Part shown: in pieces, positions 1 through 9,624 of the stretch
How the letters are laid out: the number at the start of each line of letters is the position of its first letter
Position numbering within the stretch: the first letter of the stretch is position 1
Assembly (NCBI GenBank): GCA_963589385.1
Contig: CAVALS010000014.1
Coordinates: 1 to 42,051 of the forward strand
Reading direction: 5' to 3'
Length of the DNA stretch: 42,051 nucleotides
Source of the DNA: Bacteroidaceae bacterium
Lineage (GTDB): Bacteria > Actinomycetota > Coriobacteriia > Coriobacteriales > Coriobacteriaceae
Program-made: the position numbers and the translations under genes
Notes under the pieces: generated by a model
Told to the model about the DNA's origin: nothing
Database searches by the model: none
What the model saw: the letters and a program-made list of their open reading frames with translations, nothing else

Positions 1-200
1 GACTTGCAGCGACGGACCTCAGGACGCTCTTACACCACGTCTGCGCGCGCGACCAGTTTCAAGTCGAGTTTTGCCGATTTCGACCGAGAATCGCTGCTAC
101 TAAAAAGGTAACAGTACTCATATTTGCCCTTTTTTGGCCACAAGCCCTAAAACAAGCCTCGCCAGGGTCGGGAAACTGGCCAAATCGTCGGCCTCGAGGC

Positions 201-455
201 TTATTCCACCGTTCCGTAGACGGCACCCCAGCCGTGGGCGGCCAAGGCTGAGTTGAGTTGGTCGCAAAGTGACTGGCGGTCGTAATAGCCGGGCGGTAGC
301 AGGTTGACGATCTCCATGAGATCGGGCGCCAGGTCCAAGATTTCGGCCTGTACGATTAGGTCCAGGCGGTCGATGGCGTAGCGGTCGTAAAACAGTCCGT
401 CGACCAGGCGCTGCAGGTCGCCGAATTCCTCGGCCTGGAACGATCCATACTCCAT
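201..455 (-). CDS. Small conserved hypothetical protein (84 aa)
   Basis: ORF MEYGSFQAEEF...YGTVE. AAGGAG RBS (461-466, minus strand) favours the ATG at 455 over 485. Confidence 0.7.
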   Translation of the reverse strand: MEYGSFQAEEFGDLQRLVDGLFYDRYAIDRLDLIVQAEILDLAPDLMEIVNLLPPGYYDRQSLCDQLNSALAAHGWGAVYGTVE

Positions 456-605
456 AGTGCCTCCTTGGGCGCCCCACGCCGGCATGCGCGGCGATTCGTA
501 ATTTATTGCGATGGACTTAATCTATCACGGCTTCATAACGTTGCGGCGGTGGCGGTCTATACTTAGACGAACTGCAACGTACCGCTTCGCGAAAGGTCGC
601 ACCCC

Positions 606-1910
606 ATGCAGACGATCTACCAGAAGATGGAAACCACCGAACTCGATGCCGCCATCGAGGCACTCAAAGCCGAGGTCGCCGAGGTCAAGGCCAAGGGTCT
701 GGCGCTCGACATGGCCCGCGGCAAGCCGTCGCCCTCCCAGGTGGACATCTCGCGCCCCATGCTCGATATCCTCAATGCCGACGCCGATTTGCACGACGGC
801 AACGTCGACTGCTCCAACTACGGCTGCTTCGAGGGCATTCCCTCGGCACGCAAGCTAGCGGGGGAGTTCCTGGGCTGCCCCGCCGAGCAGACGCTCGTGC
901 TGGGTTCGTCGAGCCTTTTGATCGAGCATGACATCGCCGGCATGTTCTGGCGCTGTGGCTCGTGCGGCAGCGAGCCCTGGGACGCCTACGAGGCCGCGCA
1001 CGACGGCAAGAAGGTCAAGTTCCTGTGCCCCGTTCCCGGCTACGATCGCCACTTTGGCATCACCGCCGACCTGGGCATCGAGAACGTCCCCGTCGCGATG
1101 ACCGACAACGGCCCCGACATGGACGAGATCGAGCGCCTCGTTGCCGCCGACGACTCCATCAAGGGCATCTGGTGCGTGCCCAAGTATTCCAACCCCACGG
1201 GCATCACCTTTAGCGAGGACACCGTGCGTCGCCTGGTCGAGATGCCCACGGCCGCGCCCGATTTCCGCATCTTCTGGGACAACGCTTACTGCGTGCATGA
1301 CCTGTACGACGAGACCGACGAGCTCGCAAACATCTTTGACCTCGCTCGCGTGGCGGGCACCGAGGACCGCGTGGTGGCCTTTGCCTCGACATCCAAGATC
1401 ACCTTCCCGGGCGCCGGCATCGGCTTTATCGGTGCGAGCCCCGCGGTCATCGCCGAGTTCTCCAAGTGCCTGAAGGCCGGCCTTATCAGCGCCGACAAGC
1501 TCAACCAGCTGCGTCACGTGCGTTTCCTTCCCACCATCGAGGCGGTCAAGGAGCACATGAAAAAGCACGCCGAGTTCCTGCGTCCGCGCTTTGAGGCCGT
1601 CGAGCGCAAGCTCACCGAGGGCTTGGGCGATACGGGCTGCGCCACCTGGACGCACCCCCGCGGCGGCTACTTTGTAAGCTTCGATGGTCCCGAGGGCTCG
1701 GCCCAAAAGGTCGCCGCGCTTTGCGCCGATTTGGGCGTCAAGCTCACGCCGGCCGGTGCTACCTGGCCCTATGGCAAGGACCCGCGCGACACCAACATCC
1801 GCATCGCGCCGAGCTATCCCACGGTCGAGGACCTGGAGGCCGCGCTCGATGTGCTGGTGCTGGCCGTTAAGCTCGTCGCTGCCGAGCTTGCGCGTGCCGA
1901 GCGCGCCTAA
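606..1910 (+). CDS. PLP-dependent aminotransferase class I/II (actinobacterial aspartate aminotransferase-like)
   Basis: 434 aa with LDMARGKP, VPGYDRHF, YSNPTG, DNAY and the PLP-lysine motif STSKITF, ending in NIRIAPS. Confidence 0.9.
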   Translation: MQTIYQKMETTELDAAIEALKAEVAEVKAKGLALDMARGKPSPSQVDISRPMLDILNADADLHDGNVDCSNYGCFEGIPSARKLAGEFLGCPAEQTLVLGSSSLLIEHDIAGMFWRCGSCGSEPWDAYEAAHDGKKVKFLCPVPGYDRHFGITADLGIENVPVAMTDNGPDMDEIERLVAADDSIKGIWCVPKYSNPTGITFSEDTVRRLVEMPTAAPDFRIFWDNAYCVHDLYDETDELANIFDLARVAGTEDRVVAFASTSKITFPGAGIGFIGASPAVIAEFSKCLKAGLISADKLNQLRHVRFLPTIEAVKEHMKKHAEFLRPRFEAVERKLTEGLGDTGCATWTHPRGGYFVSFDGPEGSAQKVAALCADLGVKLTPAGATWPYGKDPRDTNIRIAPSYPTVEDLEAALDVLVLAVKLVAAELARAERA

Positions 1911-1961
1911 CGCGCGGCTTCCCGTACTATCCGCACTTTCGATACGTAAAGGAGCATATAC

Positions 1962-2276
1962 ATGGATTTGGGTATTTCCACCAACCCCACGCCAGAGCTC
2001 TACACCATTAAGGTAACCGGCGAGATCGATATCTCTAACGCCGATAGCCTGCGCAATGCCATCGACCTGGCGCTCGAGCAGCCCACTGAGGCCGTTGAGC
2101 TCGATTTTGCCCAGGTGAGCTACATCGATTCGACGGGCATTGGCGTGCTCGTGGGCGCCGCGCACCACGCGGTCGACCACGGCAAGCGCTTTAGCTGCAC
2201 CAATGTGCAGCCCCAGGTGATGCGCGTGGTTCAGCTGTTGGGTGTCGACCAGGAGATTTCGATCACCGCTGCATAA
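1962..2276 (+). CDS. STAS-domain anti-sigma factor antagonist
   Basis: GEIDISNA...LDFAQVSYIDSTGIGVL with the phosphorylatable Ser of SpoIIAA/RsbV proteins; AAGGAG RBS. Confidence 0.9.
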   Translation: MDLGISTNPTPELYTIKVTGEIDISNADSLRNAIDLALEQPTEAVELDFAQVSYIDSTGIGVLVGAAHHAVDHGKRFSCTNVQPQVMRVVQLLGVDQEISITAA

Positions 2277-2429
2277 TCTTTGTCCCCAAAAGGGCGTGCC
2301 GTTTGGCATATGTTTGTGATGCGCTCGGACGTTTTGGCGTACGGGCGCTATACTTGACCGAATGAATAGACGAGTTCCGGCCGAATGGCGCGGTGCGGGC
2401 TCGACTCACATCGAGCCTTGGAGGTATGT

Positions 2430-3017
2430 GTGTTTGGTATTGGAGAGGGTGAGCTCGCGATCATCGTGGTCTTCGGCTTTTTGCTGTTTGGCCCGGATAA
2501 GCTCCCACAGATGGGCCGCACAATCGGCCGTGCCATCCGTCAGTTCCGCGAGACGCAGGAAAAGATGACGGCCGTTGTTCAGTCCGAAATTATCGATCCG
2601 GTGAGCGAGGCCGCGTCGGCCCCGGTCAAGCCCAAGAAGGCTGCCGTCGATGATGATTCCGATTCGGACGAGGATGCCGTCGAGACGGCTGCGCCCGCAA
2701 AGAAGGAGACTTTTGCCGAGCGCCGTGCCCGCCTTGCCGCCGAGAAGGCTGCGAGCGAGGGTGCCACCGAGGGCGAAGGCGCTGCTGATGAGGCCGAGAG
2801 CGCCGAGCCCGCCAAGGCCGAGCCTGCTGCTGCCGCCGTCGAACCCGAGCCAGCTGCAGAGCCGGAGCCCAAGCCCGAGTCGGCAGAGCCCACGACGGCT
2901 GACCTCTACGCCCGTCGTCCCCGTAAGCGCAAGGCCGTCGTCGACCAGCTCGCTCGCGAGCTCGAGGCCGAGGACGACGCTGCTGACGCCGACGCCCCGA
3001 AGGGAGGCGATGAGTAA
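2430..3017 (+). CDS. tatB: Twin-arginine translocase TatA/TatB subunit with long acidic Ala/Pro-rich tail
   Basis: GTG start after GGAGG; FGIGEGELAIIVVFGFLLFGPDKLP is the TatA/B signature; overlaps the tatC start. Confidence 0.8.
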   Translation: MFGIGEGELAIIVVFGFLLFGPDKLPQMGRTIGRAIRQFRETQEKMTAVVQSEIIDPVSEAASAPVKPKKAAVDDDSDSDEDAVETAAPAKKETFAERRARLAAEKAASEGATEGEGAADEAESAEPAKAEPAAAAVEPEPAAEPEPKPESAEPTTADLYARRPRKRKAVVDQLARELEAEDDAADADAPKGGDE

Positions 3018-3808
3018 TGCCTATCGGACCTGCGCGCATGCCGCTCTTCGATCACCTGGGAGAGCTCCGTCGCCGCCTGACCATCGTGGTCGTGTCGGTG
3101 TTCGCCGCCGCTATCGTGCTGTATTTCGCCACGCCTGTGGTGCTCGACATCTTGGAAGACCCCATCCGCTCCTTTGTGCCAGACGGTAAGTTCTACATCA
3201 CTACCACGCTCGGCGGCTTTGGCCTGCGCTTCTCGCTTGCCATCAAGATGGCCGTGGTCATGTGCACGCCCATGATCATCTGGCAGATCTTGGCGTTTTT
3301 CCTGCCGGCGCTTCGCCCCAACGAGCGCAAGTGGGTCGTGCCCACGGTGCTCGCCTCGACGGTGCTGTTCTTCCTGGGCGCCATCTTTTGCTACTTCATC
3401 ATCATCCCGGCGGGCTTCGAGTGGCTCATCGGCGAGACCTCGGCCGTCGCTACGGCGCTGCCCGACCTGGAGAACTACGTCAACATGGAGCTGCTCTTTA
3501 TGATCGGCTTTGGTGTGGCGTTTGAGCTGCCGCTCATCATCTTTTATCTGTCCGTCTTCCATATCGTGTCCTACGCGGCCTTCCGCAGTGCCTGGCGTTT
3601 CGTGTACGTTGGCCTGCTTGTGGGCTCGGCTGTGATTACGCCCGACGGCTCGCCCGTTACGCTGGGCCTCATGTATGGCGCCCTGCTCTCGCTCTACGAG
3701 ATTTCGCTTGCCATCGCCCGTGTGGTCATTACCGCGCGCGAGGGCAAGGAGGGCCTGTTCGTGAGTCGTCTGGACCTGTTCTCGGACGACGAGGACGACG
3801 AGGAGTAA
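3017..3808 (+). CDS. tatC: Twin-arginine translocase subunit TatC
   Basis: MPLFDHLGELRRRL, WQILAFFLPAL, FGVAFELP, ITPD; six-TM pattern. Confidence 0.95.
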   Translation: MPIGPARMPLFDHLGELRRRLTIVVVSVFAAAIVLYFATPVVLDILEDPIRSFVPDGKFYITTTLGGFGLRFSLAIKMAVVMCTPMIIWQILAFFLPALRPNERKWVVPTVLASTVLFFLGAIFCYFIIIPAGFEWLIGETSAVATALPDLENYVNMELLFMIGFGVAFELPLIIFYLSVFHIVSYAAFRSAWRFVYVGLLVGSAVITPDGSPVTLGLMYGALLSLYEISLAIARVVITAREGKEGLFVSRLDLFSDDEDDEE

Positions 3809-3814
3809 ATCGGT

Positions 3815-4171
3815 ATGCACGAGGTTGGCATTGTCAACGGCATACTCGATACAGTGATTCGCGCGGCGCGTGGGGCGGGGGCCTCGCGCGCCGTTTTGGT
3901 AACGCTGCGTATCGGGGATATGACCGAGGTCGTGCGCGAGGCGCTCGACTTTGCGTGGGAGACATTTCGCGACGAGGACCCGCTCACGCGCGGCTGCGAG
4001 CTTGCCGTGGAGGAGGTCCATCCACAAAGCGAGTGCCAGGACTGCGGTGAGGTCTTCGATCACGACCGTTTCCATTGCCGCTGCCCTCAATGTGGCGGCG
4101 CCAACGTGCGCCTGCTGCACGGCCGCGAGCTCGACATCGCCAGTATCGAAATCGAAACCCCCGACGATTAG
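3815..4171 (+). CDS. hypA: Nickel metallochaperone HypA
   Basis: N-terminal MHE Ni motif, two CxxC pairs (CQDC, CPQC), GREL. Confidence 0.95.
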   Translation: MHEVGIVNGILDTVIRAARGAGASRAVLVTLRIGDMTEVVREALDFAWETFRDEDPLTRGCELAVEEVHPQSECQDCGEVFDHDRFHCRCPQCGGANVRLLHGRELDIASIEIETPDD

Positions 4172-4226
4172 CCCGCTAGCCATCTGGTGATGGGGTATAA
4201 AGGGGCCAAATTAAGGAGCGCTAAGT

Positions 4227-4910
4227 ATGGCTGAGAAAACGATTGATATCGCGTCGCCGATCCTGTCGCGCAACGAGCGCCTGGCAGATCAGCTACGTCA
4301 GCGATTTAAAGAGACAAACACCTATGTGATCAATGTGCTTTCGAGCCCTGGCTCGGGCAAAACCACTACGATTCTGGGCACCAACGAGCGCCTGCGCGAC
4401 AAGGCGGGCTTGCGTTGCGCCGTCATCGAGGGCGATATCGCCTCGGACGTCGACGCCATCACCATGAAGGAAGCCGGCATGCCTGCCATCCAGATCAACA
4501 CGGGCGGCCTGTGTCACCTCGAGGGCAACATGATCATGGAGGCCGTTGACGCGTTCGACCAGGCCGTTGGGCTCGATAACATCGACGTCATCTTTATCGA
4601 AAATGTGGGCAACCTGGTCTGCCCAGTTGACTTTGACCTGGGCGAGAACCTGTCCATCATGATCCTCTCGGTGCCCGAGGGCGACGACAAGCCCATCAAG
4701 TACCCGGGCATCTTCCAGCACGCCGGCGCACAGCTGCTCAACAAGGTCGACGTGGCCCCGGCTTTCGATTTTGACATGGATAGGTATACTAAGACACTCG
4801 ATGACCTCAATCCGCAGGCGCCGCGGTTTGCCGTGAGCGCACGCAAGGGCGAGGGCATGGGTGCCTGGTGCGATTGGCTCATCGGGCAGATTGAGCAAGC
4901 AAGGGCGTAA
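4227..4910 (+). CDS. hypB: Nickel incorporation GTPase HypB
   Basis: SSPGSGKT P-loop, IEGD, TGGLCHL, ENVGNLVCP, EGDDKPIKYP, NKVD. Confidence 0.95.
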   Translation: MAEKTIDIASPILSRNERLADQLRQRFKETNTYVINVLSSPGSGKTTTILGTNERLRDKAGLRCAVIEGDIASDVDAITMKEAGMPAIQINTGGLCHLEGNMIMEAVDAFDQAVGLDNIDVIFIENVGNLVCPVDFDLGENLSIMILSVPEGDDKPIKYPGIFQHAGAQLLNKVDVAPAFDFDMDRYTKTLDDLNPQAPRFAVSARKGEGMGAWCDWLIGQIEQARA

Positions 4911-4964
4911 GTCGGCCGCCATACGGGCGGGCGTAGCCGCAGAGATACGAGATAGGAGCCTCTT

Positions 4965-7556
4965 TTGAAGCTCATCATCGCCGAGAAAAACGACGCCGCG
5001 CGTCAGATCGCCGAGCGTCTGTCCACGGGTAAGCCCAAAAAGGACAAGGTGTACAACACCGCCATCTACCGTTTTGAGTGGAAGGGCGAGGAGTGCGTGA
5101 CCATCGGCCTTGCCGGTCACATCCTAGCGCCCGATTTTTGCGACAGCGTGCTGTTCGATAAAAAGCTGGGCTGGTATTCGGTCACCGAGGACGGCGAGAT
5201 GCTGCCGGCCGACATACCCGATGGCCTGGCGCGTCCGCCCTACGACACCAAGCGCAAGCCGTTTCTTGCCGATGGCATCTCAATCAAGGGCTGGAAACTC
5301 GAGAGCCTGCCTTACCTCACCTGGGCGCCCGTCATTAAGCTACCGGCCGAGAAGGAACTCATTCGTTCGCTCAAGAACCTCGCTAAAAAGTCTGACAGCG
5401 TCATTATCGCCACGGACTTCGATCGCGAGGGCGAGCTAATCGGTTCGGACGCCCTTAACAAGGTGCGCGAGGTGGCGCCGGACTTGCCGGTTGCCCGCGC
5501 CCAGTACTCTTCGTTTACCAAGGCCGAGATCACGCAGGCCTTCGATAATCTCGTCTCGCTCGACCAGAATCTGGCCGACGCCGGCGAGAGCCGCCAACAC
5601 ATCGACCTCATTTGGGGTGCGGTGCTCACGCGCTACCTGACGCTCGCCAAGTTTGGCGGCTTTGGTAACGTGCGCTCTGCCGGCCGTGTGCAGACGCCGA
5701 CGCTTGCCCTGGTGGTCGAGCGCGAGCGCGAGCGCATGGCGTTTGTGCCCGAGGACTATTGGCAGATCCGCGGCATGGGTGCCGCACAGGGTGCTGCCGA
5801 GGACGACCGCTTTAAGATTGCGCACAAGACGGCGCGTTTTACCGACAAAAATGCTGCCGAGACGGCATACGGCCATATTGACGGCGTTGCGACGGCAACC
5901 GTCGCCGCGGTGACCAAGCGTTCGCGCAAGCAGCAGCCGCCCACGCCGTTTGCGACCACCTCGCTGCAGGCTGCCGCCGCGGCCGAGGGCATCTCGCCTG
6001 CGCGTACCATGCGCATCGCCGAGTCCCTCTACATGGCCGGTCTCATCAGCTACCCGCGTGTCGACAATACCGTGTACCCTGCGACGCTCGACCTGGGCGC
6101 CGTGGTGAGCGACCTGGCAAAGATCAACCCGGCGCTGGCGCCCGTGTGCAAAAAGGTGCTCGCCGGTCCCATGAAGCCCACGCGCGGCAAGGTCGAGACC
6201 ACCGACCACCCGCCTATCTATCCTACGGGCGAGGGCGACCCGTCCGCGCTCGATGGCGGCCAGCGCAAGCTCTACGACCTCATCGCCCGCCGCTTCCTGG
6301 CGACGCTCATGGGGCCTGCGACCATCGAGAACACCAAGCTCGAGCTCGATGTGAACGGCGAGCCGTTCGTGGCTTCGGGCGATGTGCTCGTGACCCCCGG
6401 TTTCCGCGAGGCATACCCGTACGGTCTCAAGCGCGACGAGCAGATGCCGCCGCTGGAGCAGGGCGATACGGTCGACGTGTTCGACATTAAGCTCGAGGCC
6501 AAGCAGACCGAGCCGCCCGCGCGCTACAGCCAGGGCAAGCTCGTGCAGGAGATGGAAAAGCGCGGCCTGGGCACCAAGTCCACGCGCGCGAGCATCATCG
6601 AGCGCCTGTACGCCGTGCGCTATCTCAAAAACGATCCCGTGGAGCCGAGCCAGCTGGGTATCGCCATCATCGATGCGCTGTCGCGGTTTGCCCCGCGCAT
6701 CACGAGCCCCGATATGACCAGCGAGCTCGACGGCGACATGACCCGCGTGGAGCGCGGCGAGGACACCGAAGAGCATGTCGTGACGCACTCGCGCGCGCTG
6801 CTGGCCGGCGTGCTCGACGAGCTGCTCAAGCATACGCAGGAGCTGGGCGACGCCATCAGCGACGCCGTCACGGCCGATGCGCGCGTGGGCGCCTGCCCCA
6901 AGTGCGGCAAGGATTTGGTTATGAAGACGAGTGCCAAGACCCGTGGCAGCTTTATCGGCTGCATGGGATGGCCCGACTGCGACGTGACCTATCCGGTGCC
7001 GAGTGGCGTCAAGGTAAGCCCGCTCGAGGGCGAGGCCGCCGTGTGCCCCGAGTGCGGTGCGCCGCGCATTAAGTGCCAGCCGTTCCGCCAGAAGGCCTTC
7101 GAGATCTGCGTGAACCCCACGTGCCCCACCAACTACGAGCCCGACCTTAAGGTGGGTGAGTGCAAGGTGTGTGCCGAGGCCGGACGCCATGGCGACCTGA
7201 TCGCACACAAGAGCGAGAAGAGCGGCAAGCGCTTTATCCGCTGCACCAACTATGACGATTGCGGCGTGAGCTATCCGCTGCCGGCGCGTGGAAAACTCGA
7301 GGCGACGGGCGAGACCTGTCCCGAGTGCGGCGCTCCCATCGTGGTGGTCAACACGGCGCGCGGTCCGTGGCGTATCTGCGTCAACATGGACTGCCCGACC
7401 AAGGAGAAGAAGCCCGCCCGCGGCCGCAAGACTGCGACCAAGGCGAGCACGGCGAAGAAAACCACGGCAGCAAAGAAGACTGCTGCCAAGAAGACGACGG
7501 CGAAAAAGACGACGTCCAAGAAATCGACCACCAAGAAGGCGGCCGCCGACAAGTAA
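4965..7556 (+). CDS. topA: Type IA DNA topoisomerase with C-terminal zinc ribbons and Lys/Ala/Thr-rich tail
   Basis: TOPRIM (IIAEK, ATDFDREGE), SAGRVQTPTL, active-site ISYPRVD, GLGTKSTR, repeated C4 ribbons; TTG start after AGGAG. Confidence 0.93.
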   Translation: MKLIIAEKNDAARQIAERLSTGKPKKDKVYNTAIYRFEWKGEECVTIGLAGHILAPDFCDSVLFDKKLGWYSVTEDGEMLPADIPDGLARPPYDTKRKPFLADGISIKGWKLESLPYLTWAPVIKLPAEKELIRSLKNLAKKSDSVIIATDFDREGELIGSDALNKVREVAPDLPVARAQYSSFTKAEITQAFDNLVSLDQNLADAGESRQHIDLIWGAVLTRYLTLAKFGGFGNVRSAGRVQTPTLALVVERERERMAFVPEDYWQIRGMGAAQGAAEDDRFKIAHKTARFTDKNAAETAYGHIDGVATATVAAVTKRSRKQQPPTPFATTSLQAAAAAEGISPARTMRIAESLYMAGLISYPRVDNTVYPATLDLGAVVSDLAKINPALAPVCKKVLAGPMKPTRGKVETTDHPPIYPTGEGDPSALDGGQRKLYDLIARRFLATLMGPATIENTKLELDVNGEPFVASGDVLVTPGFREAYPYGLKRDEQMPPLEQGDTVDVFDIKLEAKQTEPPARYSQGKLVQEMEKRGLGTKSTRASIIERLYAVRYLKNDPVEPSQLGIAIIDALSRFAPRITSPDMTSELDGDMTRVERGEDTEEHVVTHSRALLAGVLDELLKHTQELGDAISDAVTADARVGACPKCGKDLVMKTSAKTRGSFIGCMGWPDCDVTYPVPSGVKVSPLEGEAAVCPECGAPRIKCQPFRQKAFEICVNPTCPTNYEPDLKVGECKVCAEAGRHGDLIAHKSEKSGKRFIRCTNYDDCGVSYPLPARGKLEATGETCPECGAPIVVVNTARGPWRICVNMDCPTKEKKPARGRKTATKASTAKKTTAAKKTAAKKTTAKKTTSKKSTTKKAAADK

Positions 7557-7575
7557 CCGAGCACATATAGACACG

Positions 7576-7617
7576 GTGGGGCCGGGCGCGCAAATGCAAA
7601 TGCGCGCCCGGCCCCAC
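7576..7617 (+). terminator. Hairpin after topA, probable terminator
   Basis: GTGGGGCCGGGCGCGCA / TGCGCGCCCGGCCCCAC perfect 17-bp stem between convergent genes. Confidence 0.7.
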
Positions 7618-7624
7618 TTCTAAG

Positions 7625-7687
7625 TTGCGGTGAAATAGGGACTGTTTTTGCTGGCAAAAGGCCTAATTGATCCCTATTTCACCGCAA
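7625..7687. repeat. 17-bp perfect inverted repeat with 29-nt spacer (REP-like doublet)
   Basis: TTGCGGTGAAATAGGGA (7625-7641) and TCCCTATTTCACCGCAA (7671-7687). Confidence 0.8.
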
Positions 7688-7707
7688 GTTTTGATCAGTT
7701 GTTGGGA

Positions 7708-8691
7708 TTAGTTCACCTCGACGGGCTTGGCGCCGGGATAGCGGTCCTCAAAGTCCTGACGGTACTTGTTGCTGTTGGTCCCCGGCTCGTTGTCGCGTGC
7801 CAGCGGCGTCACGATTTCGTCCTTATGGTCCGCGGGGTTTGCGTACTTTAGGCTGATCTCCCAGGCATCGCAGATCGCGTCGATGCGGTTGTCCAGGTCG
7901 TCATACAGGGCAACGATGTCTTTCCAGGAACTGTAGTTCTTAGAGCTCATGGGGACGTCCAGGTCCTCGACGATATCGTAGTACTGCTCGATGGTGTCTT
8001 CCGTGCGCTCGGCGACGTCGGCGAGATTTTGACGGGCGGTGCGATCTTCTTCCAGATAGCTGCCATTGAAGGCCTGCGCGCAGGCGCGGACCTGGCTATC
8101 GAGATCTTCGAGCAGGTCGTAGTATTCGCTCAGGCGACGGTAGAGGTTTTGCTCGGAGAGGGTTGCCTGGCTGCCATCCTCGTCGTCCTCGTCGTCATCG
8201 TCAAAAAGGCTATTGGGGTCGCCGAGAGACTTAAGGTCATCATCGTCAACATCATGGTGCAGCTTAGTAATCTCGGCAGTCGTTTGCGTGGCGGCGTTGT
8301 CGAAAGGCTTGATCACAAAGAAAACGACCAGGGCGATGATGATTGCCACCAGCACAACGATAACGGCGATAAGCGCCTTGGTGCTGCTCTTTTTGGCGGC
8401 GGGGGCCTGCGGTGAATCAGGCGCGTACGTAGATGCCGGTTGCTGTTGGGGCGGGGTGTCCGCGACGGGCATGCGCTGCGTCGTTTCGACCGCTACGGGG
8501 CCGGCAGCGGGGTCGGGGCGATAGGCGAGGGGGTCGTCCGATTTGGTTTGCGGCGTATCGAGGGAACCGCTCCGCTCAAACGCGGGCTGGCCATTGCTCG
8601 CGGCTGTCTGCTCAACGGGTGCACCGCATGAGGTGCAGAACTTGGCATCATCTGCAAGAAGTTTGCCGCACGAGGCGCAATACCGAGACAT
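7708..8691 (-). CDS. Zinc-ribbon-domain membrane protein
   Basis: YCASCG...FCTSCG zinc ribbon, Pro/Gln/Ala linker, one TM helix (ALIAVIVVLVAIIIALVVFFVI), acidic external domain; GGAG RBS favours the ATG at 8691. Confidence 0.8.
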   Translation of the reverse strand: MSRYCASCGKLLADDAKFCTSCGAPVEQTAASNGQPAFERSGSLDTPQTKSDDPLAYRPDPAAGPVAVETTQRMPVADTPPQQQPASTYAPDSPQAPAAKKSSTKALIAVIVVLVAIIIALVVFFVIKPFDNAATQTTAEITKLHHDVDDDDLKSLGDPNSLFDDDDEDDEDGSQATLSEQNLYRRLSEYYDLLEDLDSQVRACAQAFNGSYLEEDRTARQNLADVAERTEDTIEQYYDIVEDLDVPMSSKNYSSWKDIVALYDDLDNRIDAICDAWEISLKYANPADHKDEIVTPLARDNEPGTNSNKYRQDFEDRYPGAKPVEVN

Positions 8692-8755
8692 TGCCACTCC
8701 TTTCGCCACATTTCAAATCAATACGACGATTATACCCAGCGCTCAAAAAAGTCGG

Positions 8756-8852
8756 CAGCTAGGGACGTTCCTTTTCTGCCGGTACTTTAGGAACGTCCCT
8801 AGCTGTCGCCTAGTCATTTAAGAGCGTCCCCAATGACTACCCAATGACTAGG
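8756..8852. repeat. REP/REPIN-like inverted-repeat cluster (GGGAC core)
   Basis: CAGCTAGGGACGTTCCT (8756-8772) / AGGAACGTCCCTAGCTG (8789-8805); second IR CCTAGTCATT (8809-8818) / AATGACTAGG (8843-8852); tandem CCAATGACTA x2. Confidence 0.75.
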
Positions 8853-8939
8853 CCCGATTTGGGGTGCGCCTGCCCCTGGGGTATCATGGCTTGGTTGATA
8901 TATCTGCATTTATGCGCCTTGTAGGAAGGGGCTGCGCTC

Positions 8940-9623
8940 ATGGCTTTTGAGCCCGCTCAACATAGCTTTATCACGCTCGAGGGCGTCGATGGTGCCGGCA
9001 AGTCCACGCAGGCGCGTCTGCTTGCCCGCGCGCTCGAACTCGCTGGCTACCAGGTTGTGAGCCTGCGCGAGCCGGGCGGCACCGCCATCAGCGAAAAGAT
9101 CCGTGCTCTGCTGCTCGACCCCGCCAATACGGCGATGGGAGACACCTGCGAGTTGCTGCTCTACGAGGCGGCGCGCGCCCAGTTGGTGCACGAGGTCATA
9201 GCTCCCGCCCTCGCGGCCGGCGAGGTAGTCCTGTGCGATCGCTTCTACGATTCCACGACCTGCTACCAGGCGTTTGCCGATGGCCTCGACCGTCAGATGG
9301 TACGCGATGCCAACAACCTGGCTGTCGCCGGTACGCATCCGGCGCTCACGCTCGTCTACCACATCACACCCGAGCAGGCGGCGCTACGCATGGCAGCCCG
9401 TGGCGCGGCAGATCGCATGGAGGCAAAAGGCATGGCCTTCCAAGAGCGCGTTTACCAGGGATTTTGCGCCATTGCTGCCGAGGAGCCAAACCGCGTAAAG
9501 CTCATCGACGCCACTGCGACCGTCAAGGAAGTCTTCGAGAAGACGGTCGAGCAGATTCGCGCGTACGGTCTCGACATTCCGCAAGATGCTGTCGCCGCCG
9601 CGCTTGCCAAGGAGGCCGAGTAA
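8940..9623 (+). CDS. tmk: Thymidylate kinase
   Basis: FITLEGVDGAGKSTQ, REPGGT, CDRFYDST..YQ. Confidence 0.95.
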   Translation: MAFEPAQHSFITLEGVDGAGKSTQARLLARALELAGYQVVSLREPGGTAISEKIRALLLDPANTAMGDTCELLLYEAARAQLVHEVIAPALAAGEVVLCDRFYDSTTCYQAFADGLDRQMVRDANNLAVAGTHPALTLVYHITPEQAALRMAARGAADRMEAKGMAFQERVYQGFCAIAAEEPNRVKLIDATATVKEVFEKTVEQIRAYGLDIPQDAVAAALAKEAE

Positions 9624-9624
9624 C

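Noticed and set aside
65..188. Degenerate inverted repeat, and a 12-mer match to 33300-33311
   Set aside because: Too many mismatches; 12-mer matches are expected by chance in 42 kb.
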